Of a DNA stretch of 64,000 nucleotides, positions 40,272 to 49,492 are shown one piece after another; the stretch's first letter is position 1; each line of letters starts with the position of its first letter. Source of the DNA: a virus (Duplodnaviria; Caudoviricetes); IMG/VR virus record IMGVR_UViG_3300007513_000003. One strand, written 5' to 3'. The position numbers were made by a program, and so were the translations under genes. The notes under the pieces were generated by a model, which searched no databases, was not told the DNA's origin, and saw only the letters and a list, made by a program, of their open reading frames with translations.

Positions 40272-41555
40272 TTATTCGAATAATCTCTCAAATTGTGTTA
40301 AAGTATTGTCATTGGAAGAACTGTAAACCCAAATTGGCTCAATAAAACAATCTTTCATATGCTCTTTATTGCCGCCTTCTTCATTTTTTGGTCTCTGTTT
40401 CATTCGCATACCAATAACTTCTTGTAACGGCATCCCAACACTAGCCATAAAGTCTGTCATTGGATCACAAACATAATGTCTTTTGTTTTTAATATTGGCA
40501 TCTATTATATTTACTGCTATAACACCTGTTTGCGGATTAATTAGATTACTAACATTTTCTAATGTCACAAATAAAAAGTCTTTAAGCCAACTGTCAAACT
40601 CTTTATACTTAAACCAACTTTGTGTTTCCTCTTTAATGCCCTCTGCGTAACGCTCTGTATTATAATATGGCGGACTAGTAAATGCTAAATCATAGTTTAG
40701 TTTGGGGAAGTCTTTTATATCTTCAGCAGGCGCATTGAAAATGGTTACTGTTTTTGCACCTGTGTAGGTAAACCATTCTAATCCATTACAGGCATTAAAC
40801 TGCATCAACTGTCCATCGTTGTTAAAAATATGCTTGTCATAAAACTTACATTGTTCCATATATGCTTTATAAACATCAGGATTTGGATCACACCCTACAT
40901 AAACTTCCGCATTACTTGCCCAAAAGCCTGCTAATCTATCTCCCCACCCACAACTAGTATCCAAAACTGTTTTAGCATTAAATCTGTTATAAATGTATTT
41001 TGCTACAGTTGGTTTAAATTGGGTAGCAACATAAGCACCGAGTCTGAATGCTTCTCTGTATTTGCTTTCATCTACAAACTTTACAACACCATCACGCCAA
41101 AATGTCCAGTTAAGGGATTTTAATGCTTCTTTACTGCTCCATATATCTAATGGACTATTGTGTGACCAGCCACCACATTTTAGTCTGTTCTGTTGCTGAA
41201 AATAATTGCTAATGTCATTATAATAATGATTAATGTCTATAACGTCTTTACAATAGTCTTGGCAGGAATATTTGTAATCATTAAATTTATCTGTGATGCT
41301 TGTAGTGTAACCATATAATAGTTTGTTATGGTCCATTCCTTTAAGTTTTTTAAACTTTTCTATTACATCGTTTTCAGTTATATCTTGAAATGGAAATGGA
41401 ATGTTATTTTCTGTGATATAATGAGCGAGTGCTTCTATTGCTTCTTTCTTTTCGTAGTGCTCTTTAAACTCCTGCCATTCACTCGTAGAAAAAACAGGCA
41501 ACCCTGAAGGAGTTGCCTGATTCTCTAGGGCTTTTAGTATCTCCAGATTTACCAT
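40272..41555 (-). CDS. DNA amino-methyltransferase (m4C/m6A type)
   Basis: VLDTSCGWGDRL SAM motif and FTSPPY catalytic motif. Confidence 0.75.
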   Translation of the reverse strand: MVNLEILKALENQATPSGLPVFSTSEWQEFKEHYEKKEAIEALAHYITENNIPFPFQDITENDVIEKFKKLKGMDHNKLLYGYTTSITDKFNDYKYSCQDYCKDVIDINHYYNDISNYFQQQNRLKCGGWSHNSPLDIWSSKEALKSLNWTFWRDGVVKFVDESKYREAFRLGAYVATQFKPTVAKYIYNRFNAKTVLDTSCGWGDRLAGFWASNAEVYVGCDPNPDVYKAYMEQCKFYDKHIFNNDGQLMQFNACNGLEWFTYTGAKTVTIFNAPAEDIKDFPKLNYDLAFTSPPYYNTERYAEGIKEETQSWFKYKEFDSWLKDFLFVTLENVSNLINPQTGVIAVNIIDANIKNKRHYVCDPMTDFMASVGMPLQEVIGMRMKQRPKNEEGGNKEHMKDCFIEPIWVYSSSNDNTLTQFERLFE

Positions 41556-43636
41556 ATACCCTTAACCGCCGCCATTAGACGAGCGTTATTATCGCCTTGC
41601 ACATGGTTAACATCGTCCGTATACTTAAGGCTCAACTCAAAGTTACTGTTCTTAGAAACTTTTTCCTCGTATGACATAGTATAATCAATGTGCCGGCCAT
41701 TTGGCTCCATGTCTGCAATAAAGTCTGAAAATTGCAATCCACCTTGCTCAATGCGTAGTGGTTGTGCGATTTTAAGTTTTAACTTCTTGTAAGACATGTT
41801 AGCACCAAAACCCATAGCATGAAAGTCTTCTACGTCTTTGACGTAACCATAACTGCCGTTTGCTGTACCAAATGCATAAGTGGCATTAGCACTAAAGTTC
41901 CATTCACCAATGCTTTTCTTACGGCTAATATTAATATAACGAGTGTTAGGATTATTAATATGCATCAGGCTCTGTCCAGGTGACCAACCCAAAAGGCTGT
42001 TATCCATACCAATTGCGACATCAACTTCTCCGTAACGCAAACCCACGACGGCATTGTCAATCTCACCATATTCGTCTGCTTTAGTAGCACCAAACGTTAG
42101 AGCAGTATTGCCATTAAAATCAAACACAGGAACCATATTAATGTCACTAAAGGACATGATTTTGCTGTTATCTACAAAACTATTTTGCATATTTAATAGT
42201 TGATCCTGCACAAAACTTAACTGCCAAAAATTCGGCCCGCCTTGCATCACTTCAGCAAACCTGAATCGATGAAACCCGCCGCCAGTATCTTGCTCTTCTG
42301 TCTCGTCGTCGCTAGATGTCGACACAGCCGCAGGTGCAGGAGAAAGTAACGTTCCGAAGGAACCGTCTTCATACACAATAATCCAATCCATGCGGCCGTC
42401 GTTGTTAGCATGAGTGGGAAACAACGCGCCTTTGGATCCTGCCTTCGGCACGTTTGCAAAGATAGGAGTGCCAAGTTGTCGGAATGTTCCATTTCCGTTG
42501 TTTAACCAGATCCCTCCGTGTTGTGAACCAACATTGCCTCCATAATTAAAAAAATGGTTAATAAAAAGGTCGTTTCTACCGTCGCCGTTTAGGTCAACCA
42601 GCATCGGCGCTTGGCCCTTTGTGTGTGGGACAACACCATTTAGACCAAATTGCTGTTTTAAACTCACACCGCCTGGGCCTGTAGCAAAAACACGAATCCA
42701 ACTATTTGTGGCACATACGTCACCGCATTCGTCATGCACAATGATGTCGCGGCCGTTGTTATAGACGGCCCTCAGTCCTGCTACGCCGGGAATCGTATCT
42801 GGATATATTTGCATCAATGAGAATGATTTACCCCCATTGTTCTTATACACGTTAATAGCGCCACGCCTTGCTGACACACCATCCAACGCAATAGTTGAGT
42901 GATCATCCATGTAGCCTCCCGAGGAACGAGAGTCCATATCTCCGGAAATAAGTTCAGGATACCCGTCACCGTCCAGATCCATAAGTGTTCCTGCAAAAGC
43001 CTGGTTCATCATCCTTATTTGTCCGAGGTCACTGATCTCCCCGTTTACGTTCATTCCTCTTGCGCCAGGATTGAAGCCAAGATAAACCACCGTACCACCA
43101 GAGAAGCCAACAATATCTAAACGCCCGTCTTTATTGACATCTCCTATTGCTGAACCGTGCCAATGAAAACTAGGGCCAGGGGCCGCATTAATGCCGTTAT
43201 AGATTAAAGCAGGACGTAGGTCTCCACCCCAACCATTTCCTAGCGCAATAGGCCCTTGGGCAAAATAATTTCCAGTCCATTCGCTTACTGTCGAAGCAGA
43301 GGGAACACCCCCGGCTCTCGTCGGACTATAAGATCCGTCTGGATTACTGAGAAACACAAAAGGTGGAACACTCTTAGTCCAGCCCATCGGACAGCCTTGA
43401 TTACAGTAAACGCCATGGGCCGCTGGAAAAACCATCACATCAGTTTTTCCATCACCGTTCCAATCTCTTGCAACGGCATTCCCGCTATCCGCAAAGTGCT
43501 CAAGCCACGGGACGGTTCCGTGACCTGCTTTGAAACTATACGGTCCCTCTAATGCATCTGCTGTACTATGGTAACCAATTACCAAATGGTAACCAATTAC
43601 CAAAGCCATTAGAGCGACCACCTTTATTATCTTCAT
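41549..43636 (-). CDS. FG-GAP/VCBS repeat protein with signal peptide and C-terminal beta-barrel-like domain
   Basis: AAGGAG RBS, ATG 43636; DWNGDGKTD, DVNKDGRLD, DLDGDGYPE, DLNGDGRND, NNDGRMD repeats; amphipathic C-terminus ending in W. Confidence 0.75.
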   Translation of the reverse strand: MKIIKVVALMALVIGYHLVIGYHSTADALEGPYSFKAGHGTVPWLEHFADSGNAVARDWNGDGKTDVMVFPAAHGVYCNQGCPMGWTKSVPPFVFLSNPDGSYSPTRAGGVPSASTVSEWTGNYFAQGPIALGNGWGGDLRPALIYNGINAAPGPSFHWHGSAIGDVNKDGRLDIVGFSGGTVVYLGFNPGARGMNVNGEISDLGQIRMMNQAFAGTLMDLDGDGYPELISGDMDSRSSGGYMDDHSTIALDGVSARRGAINVYKNNGGKSFSLMQIYPDTIPGVAGLRAVYNNGRDIIVHDECGDVCATNSWIRVFATGPGGVSLKQQFGLNGVVPHTKGQAPMLVDLNGDGRNDLFINHFFNYGGNVGSQHGGIWLNNGNGTFRQLGTPIFANVPKAGSKGALFPTHANNDGRMDWIIVYEDGSFGTLLSPAPAAVSTSSDDETEEQDTGGGFHRFRFAEVMQGGPNFWQLSFVQDQLLNMQNSFVDNSKIMSFSDINMVPVFDFNGNTALTFGATKADEYGEIDNAVVGLRYGEVDVAIGMDNSLLGWSPGQSLMHINNPNTRYINISRKKSIGEWNFSANATYAFGTANGSYGYVKDVEDFHAMGFGANMSYKKLKLKIAQPLRIEQGGLQFSDFIADMEPNGRHIDYTMSYEEKVSKNSNFELSLKYTDDVNHVQGDNNARLMAAVKGIW
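43568..43603. repeat. perfect 18-bp tandem duplication (LVIGYH x2) in the signal peptide
   Basis: ATGGTAACCAATTACCAA x2. Confidence 0.9.
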
Positions 43637-43646
43637 TCCTATCTCC

Positions 43647-44945
43647 TTAACTGTAAGATGTTTCATAGTATGCATGAGCACCAAACGGTGGTGTCGGTGC
43701 TCCCTCTAAATTGTGAGTATGAATAATCCAGCATACGTCACAATACTGTTCATCGCCCCAAGAACCCCACGGATAACCATCCGTGAACATAACAAGTTTC
43801 TTAGGTTCGATTGCGTTTTCCTTTAGGTATTCATATACTGCTTCAAAACTTGTACCGCCACCGCCAACAATTTCATACTCGTTTATTTCGAAGAGATTGT
43901 CAGCAGTGAAATCTTTGACGCTGTATATGTCAGTATCAAAGCAAAACACCTTGATATTGAATGTAGTGTAGGCATCCATAATGCCTTTGATTTCTGACAA
44001 GAAGTCTCGAACCATATCTTCACTGATACTGCCGCTTACGTCGATACCTATTACAATATCGATCGTATCATCAGGCATCATACCAGGCAACATCACGCCA
44101 GTATGCCAGGCCTTTCGATTGGGTTTCATCCAGGAAAAGTCGCTTTTAATAGTGCTCTTAATTTGGACGTCCAACAGATCTCGCCAATTCATCTTAGGCT
44201 CTGTGAGTTCCCTGAGCATACGTTTGACGCCTGCCGGCACATTACCAGCACCAGCAGTCTGAGCCGCTGACATGATTGCTTCTTTCATCTCATCACGGAT
44301 TTCTTTTCTTTCCTTTTCCGAAAGTACCGGACGCTTGCCGCTTTCATTACCATCTTCGGAATCACCAGATCCGTCTTCGCTATCTCCATCCTGATCAAGA
44401 TGGTCATCCAGTACACGATTTAATAGATCGTCAATATCGATCTTTTCAGCGTTCTCATACAGATCGTCATATACTTCTTCATATGACCAATCATCGTATT
44501 TTCGGTCGTATACGATAGGAACTACGTCAATCGGCTCACCGATTCTGTATCTGATCAAATCACCATTAACGCAATAATCTGCGGCGATGTTTGACAACTG
44601 CGGATCTCGGTCGTTTCTACGACCAATGTGATCGTATACAACATGAAGAACTTCGTGTCCAAACAGAAATTCCATATTTTTAGATGACAGCATTTTGCAG
44701 AATTCAGTATTGTAGTAGAACCTGCGGCCATCTGTGGCGGCAGTAGGACACCATGCGTCAGCGTTTACAAGGGTTAAGCGAGTAGCCAAATTACCAAAAA
44801 ACGGTTCTTTGAGCAACAAGCCAATTCTTGCTGTAGTAAGGGCTTCGCGAATCTCTTTGTCTAGATCCGGATCTGTTTCAAACCCGACCTTAAGGTTGGG
44901 ATTATTCTTCAGTTTTTTGTCAGCGGTAGTAGAATTATCGGACAT
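43647..44945 (-). CDS. VWA domain protein with N-terminal HExxH metallopeptidase-like domain (DUF2201 type)
   Basis: TAATDGRR, GHEVLHVV, NIAADY, DVSGSIS MIDAS, GGGT, FTDGY. Confidence 0.88.
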   Translation of the reverse strand: MSDNSTTADKKLKNNPNLKVGFETDPDLDKEIREALTTARIGLLLKEPFFGNLATRLTLVNADAWCPTAATDGRRFYYNTEFCKMLSSKNMEFLFGHEVLHVVYDHIGRRNDRDPQLSNIAADYCVNGDLIRYRIGEPIDVVPIVYDRKYDDWSYEEVYDDLYENAEKIDIDDLLNRVLDDHLDQDGDSEDGSGDSEDGNESGKRPVLSEKERKEIRDEMKEAIMSAAQTAGAGNVPAGVKRMLRELTEPKMNWRDLLDVQIKSTIKSDFSWMKPNRKAWHTGVMLPGMMPDDTIDIVIGIDVSGSISEDMVRDFLSEIKGIMDAYTTFNIKVFCFDTDIYSVKDFTADNLFEINEYEIVGGGGTSFEAVYEYLKENAIEPKKLVMFTDGYPWGSWGDEQYCDVCWIIHTHNLEGAPTPPFGAHAYYETSYS

Positions 44946-44978
44946 TTTTGTACTCGAGTTTTTACTTTCTATACTAAT

Positions 44979-45032
44979 ATTTTAGCATTTTTCGGGCGAT
45001 TTGTCACGAAAAATGGTGCTCTAAGTGCTTGA
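44979..45032 (-). promoter_or_regulatory. sigma70-type promoter with upstream IHF-consensus box
   Basis: AATCAAGCACTTA, 14 bp, GTGACA, 17 bp, TAAAAT. Confidence 0.65.
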
Positions 45033-45043
45033 TTTAAATGAGT

Positions 45044-45083
45044 CCCCCTGGAGTTATTCCAGCATTGCGCTGGCTCCAGGGGG
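45044..45083. terminator. long GC-rich stem-loop after the AAA ATPase gene
   Basis: CCCCCTGGAG/CTCCAGGGGG outer stem plus CCAGC/GCTGG inner stem; no clear U-tract. Confidence 0.5.
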
Positions 45084-45098
45084 TTCCCAAGTACTCTG

Positions 45099-46223
45099 TC
45101 AGCCCTCCATCGCTGAGATCACATACTTGCCGAAGCGTTTATGAAACTCGTCGAACGACTTGAGTTTGCCCGGCACTAGCGGGAGGTTATAGTTAGTGAG
45201 CGCCATCTTAGCACCCATTACCGTAACTTCTGTAAGGAAGTTATCCATCATAAAGCGGAAGAAGTTATCGCACATTTCATGCCACTCTTTGCCCGGATTG
45301 GCTTTCTTTGACTTCTTAAAAGCATCACGCAACTCGTAGCACATGGCAATCGTCAGTGAGTACATCGCTGACACTTCCTTTACCGTAAGGCTTTTCACCT
45401 TCCCTTCCAAAATGTCGGTTGGGTTAGGCAATTTGCCAGAATGTTTACGATGGGCGTTGAACTTGATCGCCATACCTTCGCCTACAGTACCGGCAACGAG
45501 ATCCGAAACTTCGCTTTCAGTCATTTCAGGATCGCCATCTTCATCCTGAAGCAATTCACTCACGAACACCCAGGATCTGGGAGTAGCAAAGGACCGCTCA
45601 TTTGAGCCCGGATCAAAGTTATAAAGGTCGTTTTTGGCGAATGTAAGGTAACCAAGAACGTCACGATGTATTTGATTTTCGATCGCCCAATCCTGCCAGG
45701 TCTCAAAATCAGCCGCCACTTCAACATGAACGAAGCGATTAGCCAACGGTGCTGGCATACGATAAGTGACACCACGGTCAGTCTCGCGGTTACCAGCCGC
45801 CACAATAACGACATTATCGGGCAGGTTGTAAGTACCAATTCTGCGGTTAAGCACCAACTGGTAAGCGGCCGCCTGAGTAGCCATGGGAGCAGAGTTCATC
45901 TCGTCCAAAAACAGGACGACGACATCATACTGGCTAGCCAATTCTTCTGAAGGAAGATCAACTGGCTGAGCCCATGACATATTGTTTTCTGTCTGGTTGT
46001 AGTAAGGAATACCACGGAGATCAGTAGGCTCCATAAGAGCCATACGCAGGTCCAACATGAGACCATTGACGTCATCGGCCAACTGACTCACGAGATCAGA
46101 CTTGCCAACTCCGGGAGGTCCCCAAAGGAATACGGGTCGCTTACGAAGCATCGCGCGACGAATCGCCTTCTTGGCCTCCTTCAGGGTATTAGTGCGAACT
46201 TCGCTTGTTTGATTTTTGCTCAT
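45099..46223 (-). CDS. MoxR-like AAA+ ATPase
   Basis: GPPGVGKS Walker A, LFLDE Walker B, AAGNR, PLANRF; ATG 46223 with AGGAG RBS. Confidence 0.9.
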   Translation of the reverse strand: MSKNQTSEVRTNTLKEAKKAIRRAMLRKRPVFLWGPPGVGKSDLVSQLADDVNGLMLDLRMALMEPTDLRGIPYYNQTENNMSWAQPVDLPSEELASQYDVVVLFLDEMNSAPMATQAAAYQLVLNRRIGTYNLPDNVVIVAAGNRETDRGVTYRMPAPLANRFVHVEVAADFETWQDWAIENQIHRDVLGYLTFAKNDLYNFDPGSNERSFATPRSWVFVSELLQDEDGDPEMTESEVSDLVAGTVGEGMAIKFNAHRKHSGKLPNPTDILEGKVKSLTVKEVSAMYSLTIAMCYELRDAFKKSKKANPGKEWHEMCDNFFRFMMDNFLTEVTVMGAKMALTNYNLPLVPGKLKSFDEFHKRFGKYVISAMEG

Positions 46224-46243
46224 TGTACTTGGGTCTCCTTGAG

Positions 46244-46606
46244 TTATCGTCTGAGGTATACGCAACCATGCTCGGTGATGACACTCTCACCACAGTCATC
46301 GCTGAAGATGTTGCCACGAACTCCGTTCTTGACAGGCGCTTTCCACGAGCCCTTAAGAATGTCGCCGTTGTTCATATCAACAAAACTGTGGACAGACTGG
46401 CTTCGGTCACGCAACACTTCATTGCCGTTGTCGTCGTAATCGCGACTGACTTTGATAACCTTCGCATAGCGATTACCAAAATTGACAGTGATGTAGTCTG
46501 ACGGAGAATGAGTAAATTTCATGCGCTCAAAATACTCATCTTGCAGTCTCTGGACCAAATCGCAATATTCATAGATTCGGTCATTCATTTCACGGGTGTT
46601 TTTCAT
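46244..46606 (-). CDS. hypothetical phage early protein
   Basis: GNRYAKV...VHSFVD..NGDILK.SWKAP..GVRGNI. Confidence 0.7.
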   Translation of the reverse strand: MKNTREMNDRIYEYCDLVQRLQDEYFERMKFTHSPSDYITVNFGNRYAKVIKVSRDYDDNGNEVLRDRSQSVHSFVDMNNGDILKGSWKAPVKNGVRGNIFSDDCGESVITEHGCVYLRR

Positions 46607-46643
46607 GTACTTGGGTTACCTTATTTCTTTAGCCTATACATAT

Positions 46644-46732
46644 ATTATATCGTATTTTGGTGCAAAAGTCTAATATTTTGAACACCTAAGTGCTTGAAAA
46701 ATAAGGGCTTTTTAGATAACGTAAATGCTTGA
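46644..46732 (-). promoter_or_regulatory. sigma70-type promoter with duplicated IHF-like box
   Basis: TTCAAGCACTTA, 14 bp, TAGACT, 17 bp, TATAAT; second box copy 35 bp further upstream within a ~26-bp direct repeat. Confidence 0.65.
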
Positions 46733-46749
46733 AAAATAAGGGTTTTTTT

Positions 46750-46780
46750 AAAAAGAAAGAAAAAGGGGCGATTCGCCCCT
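46750..46780 (-). terminator. Rho-independent terminator
   Basis: AGGGGCG-aat-CGCCCCT stem followed by a T-tract on the - strand, right after the HNH stop. Confidence 0.8.
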
Positions 46781-46785
46781 TCTTC

Positions 46786-47298
46786 CTAGCCTAGTTTTTC
46801 ATTAATTGCTTGAATAATATGCTCAGCATATTTTCCAGGATTCTCTAAATCAGAAATCATATCCAGAATACTAGCAACAAATTCTATATCTGTATTAGTG
46901 TCTCCTTTATTTTGATTTAGCCTGGCAGCCCTTATACGCATATTACTAGGATGGTCTGTGCCTCCTTCTGCTTTGGGTATAATATGATCCAATTGGGGAC
47001 TGTACATTTTGTCCTTGGTAATGGAATTCAATCCACTGCCCCAATCATATGAAAACCATTCGTCAATTACGTAATGACCTCTACTTTTTTCTAGATTATT
47101 CTCAATAAATTCTAATGCTTCTTCTTTAGTCCACTTATACTTTTGTTTATAAAATCCTAAAATTTTATGCTTGAAAAGTATATCGGGATCGTTAATATTA
47201 TCTATTAAGTAATCATAAAGGTCTTGAGTATAATACGTGTCATCATCATACTGAGTAGTAAAGACTCTGTTTTGTATTTGCTCATTTAACGTAGGCAT
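46786..47298 (-). CDS. HNH endonuclease-domain protein
   Basis: LDHIIPKAEGGTDHPSNM......N..KG. Confidence 0.8.
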   Translation of the reverse strand: MPTLNEQIQNRVFTTQYDDDTYYTQDLYDYLIDNINDPDILFKHKILGFYKQKYKWTKEEALEFIENNLEKSRGHYVIDEWFSYDWGSGLNSITKDKMYSPQLDHIIPKAEGGTDHPSNMRIRAARLNQNKGDTNTDIEFVASILDMISDLENPGKYAEHIIQAINEKLG

Positions 47299-47299
47299 A

Positions 47300-48520
47300 T
47301 TAGGCCGCCTTTTGTAAGGGCATTACGCGAAAGTCTTTAAGGTACTTGTCGGCAATTACCTTGTTGTTAAATGTAATCGGCTTCCATTTAACATGCGGTG
47401 CAGTAGTTTTTATCAACTTATGCAATGCGCCTGCAATAATAGAGGGCTCTGGAATGTTTAGTTCTTCTCCAACTCCCTCCTTTTTGGCACGTTTGGCATC
47501 AAGGTGCAAACCATTCCTACTAGGAAGGTACTTATGGTTAATGGCTTGCCCTATTTCATAGTCTATTTGATAGATGTCTAAATCAAGTCCTTCTTGATTC
47601 TTAATAAACTCACAAATGCCCCAAATATTAGGACTAGCAATAGGACTACTGCTAAGGGCGCCAACGTGGATTCTTACAGCACGTTCAAATATTTCCTGGC
47701 CATAATCATCATAGTGACGTGACATATTGAACACACCTGTACACTCTTTTGATTTTGCTTTTTCTCCACCTTTCTCTATCATCTTAGCCTGTACACGCTT
47801 TAAAATGTTATAGATGTTCCAAGCAGTTGTGTACGCTGGTTTAGTATCTTCTAAAGCCTGTACCTCATCCTTTGCGCCTTCTTCTATTAAAGATTTAACT
47901 GCTTGTACCATGTTGCGGTATCTATCGTAATGGCTAGCCACAAGGCTGTTTAGATTAACTGCGGCATATTGCCATACATCAACACTACGGCGCTCACTCT
48001 CTTCGTACTCTAAAGGAATGTCACGAACGCCTAATATCACGCATGACAGATAACGATGTTGTGCATCATTAAGATAAAATAGATCTTCTTTTTTACTATA
48101 CCGCGCGGTTCCCATAAGGACCCATTTGGGGTCAAATACAAAAAGAATATCTAATAGCAAATGGCGTAGTTGTATACCGCGTTGAACTTGGTTATTCTTT
48201 ACTACTTTTATGACTGGCTTAAAGGCATCAGGATGCCTTTTTAATCCTTTTTCTATTAAGTCATTAGAGGTTAACCAATCTAAATCAATACCAAGCAATG
48301 CCTGTGAGTTCTTCAGTACTGTTAGAATTTGATTGGCAATTTGAAATAGGGATGGATCATCGCCTAATCCGCTTGTGTCTACATATTCAGGTACTTTACT
48401 ACAAAGTTCAATTCTTTCAGAAGTAGTAAGTTTGCTGATATGCTTACGCTTTGTCTTCGGTCCGAAGACCTGAAGTAGGTCTTCGCCGAAAATCTCTTTC
48501 GGATCTTTGTCTGGATACAT
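47300..48520 (-). CDS. ParB-like/DUF6551-type protein
   Basis: VQR.....H....FDP....YLNDAQHR (DGQHR-like) motif; AAGGAG RBS. Confidence 0.55.
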   Translation of the reverse strand: MYPDKDPKEIFGEDLLQVFGPKTKRKHISKLTTSERIELCSKVPEYVDTSGLGDDPSLFQIANQILTVLKNSQALLGIDLDWLTSNDLIEKGLKRHPDAFKPVIKVVKNNQVQRGIQLRHLLLDILFVFDPKWVLMGTARYSKKEDLFYLNDAQHRYLSCVILGVRDIPLEYEESERRSVDVWQYAAVNLNSLVASHYDRYRNMVQAVKSLIEEGAKDEVQALEDTKPAYTTAWNIYNILKRVQAKMIEKGGEKAKSKECTGVFNMSRHYDDYGQEIFERAVRIHVGALSSSPIASPNIWGICEFIKNQEGLDLDIYQIDYEIGQAINHKYLPSRNGLHLDAKRAKKEGVGEELNIPEPSIIAGALHKLIKTTAPHVKWKPITFNNKVIADKYLKDFRVMPLQKAA

Positions 48521-48552
48521 GATACTGTCTCCTTAATAATCGATAACGGTCA

Positions 48553-48648
48553 TCAACCATCCGGGTGCTTTACCGGTGCCTGGCTGCGTTTCTTTATAAA
48601 GGGGATCCTTAGGATGTATCTTGGAAACAGTTTAGAATTGTATGCCAT
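48553..48648 (-). CDS. 31-aa small ORF upstream of the ParB-like gene
   Basis: AGGAG RBS; MAYNSKLFPRYILRIPFIKKRSQAPVKHPDG; read by hand. Confidence 0.35.
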   Translation of the reverse strand: MAYNSKLFPRYILRIPFIKKRSQAPVKHPDG

Positions 48649-48734
48649 CTTTTTTTCTCCTGTGGAATGATGATTTTGTTTACAACTTTGTTTACATGAT
48701 GTCTTCGGTCTAAGCCAACATCAGTTCAGGAGTA

Positions 48735-48753
48735 AGGGGGGCAGCGCCCCCCT
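48735..48753 (-). terminator. GC-rich hairpin after the HTH gene
   Basis: AGGGGGGC-agc-GCCCCCCT; weak U-tract. Confidence 0.55.
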
Positions 48754-48776
48754 GTGTCCTGTGTGGTTAGTAATGA

Positions 48777-49022
48777 TTACTGACCAGCAAGTGCGCGGTA
48801 ACCAGCGGCTACAACTGCGCGAGAAGGAGTACCCATGCGATACTTGTTGACAACACGACCTTTTGTGTCGGTGTGTGCATTCAAGTAAATCGAGTGACCT
48901 TTGAATCGAAGATTCTGAATGGTCGCACCCGGGTTACCAACTCCCCAACGAGCAGAGATCTGCGCCGCTGAAAGTTCCTGTCCTTCTTGAAGTGCGTTTA
49001 GTACTTTATCAGTATTGCTCAT
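48777..49022 (-). CDS. small winged-helix DNA-binding protein
   Basis: VLNALQEGQELSAAQISARWGVGNPGATIQNLR..GH.I HTH-like pattern. Confidence 0.65.
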   Translation of the reverse strand: MSNTDKVLNALQEGQELSAAQISARWGVGNPGATIQNLRFKGHSIYLNAHTDTKGRVVNKYRMGTPSRAVVAAGYRALAGQ

Positions 49023-49081
49023 TTTACATTTTCCTTGGGCTCGAGCCCTATTTACTATAGCAGAAAAGGTCTGCCAACCTC

Positions 49082-49147
49082 TTTCGCGATATCGCGAAAT
49101 TCTTTACAACTATATATAATGATATACTCACTACCATTATTTGTCAA
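49082..49147 (-). promoter_or_regulatory. sigma70 promoter with downstream 18-bp palindrome (candidate operator)
   Basis: TTGACA (49142-49147), 17 bp, TATCAT; TTTCGCGATATCGCGAAA at 49082-49099. Confidence 0.65.
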
Positions 49148-49166
49148 CCTTTTTTACTAACTTTTT

Positions 49167-49194
49167 GATTGCCCGGGATTAATCCCGGGCAATC
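49167..49194. repeat. perfect 28-bp palindrome (hairpin/terminator)
   Basis: GATTGCCCGGGATTAATCCCGGGCAATC. Confidence 0.8.
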
Positions 49195-49208
49195 TGTGTG
49201 GTTTCTAC

Positions 49209-49388
49209 TTAGTGTATTGTGACTTCCTCGTCTTCGTCGTGTCCTGTTAAAACTTGTACAAGGCTTTCTAGAGATTTTATCTCATTTTGTTGCAGCTCTA
49301 TGAGCAAGGCTTGTGTGTCTGCTAACCTTCCCCATACAATGCTTAATTCTGCTAATTGCTTTTGTCTTTTTTGTCTTTTAGTAGACAT
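49209..49388 (-). CDS. hypothetical protein (59 aa)
   Basis: GGAG RBS; below the track threshold; promoter TTGATT-17-TATATT at 49421-49449. Confidence 0.6.
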   Translation of the reverse strand: MSTKRQKRQKQLAELSIVWGRLADTQALLIELQQNEIKSLESLVQVLTGHDEDEEVTIH

Positions 49389-49492
49389 TTACGCTCCGTG
49401 TTGTGTTTATCGTATATAATAATATAGCAAAGACAATAACAGAAATCAAGCATTTCTACATAAAATAAACTTATAGCAATTATAAATTCTTT

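Noticed and set aside
46786-47298. HNH gene as a free-standing mobile homing endonuclease
   Set aside because: It is tightly coupled to the upstream ParB-like gene and has no intron or target-gene context; kept instead as part of a two-gene cassette.
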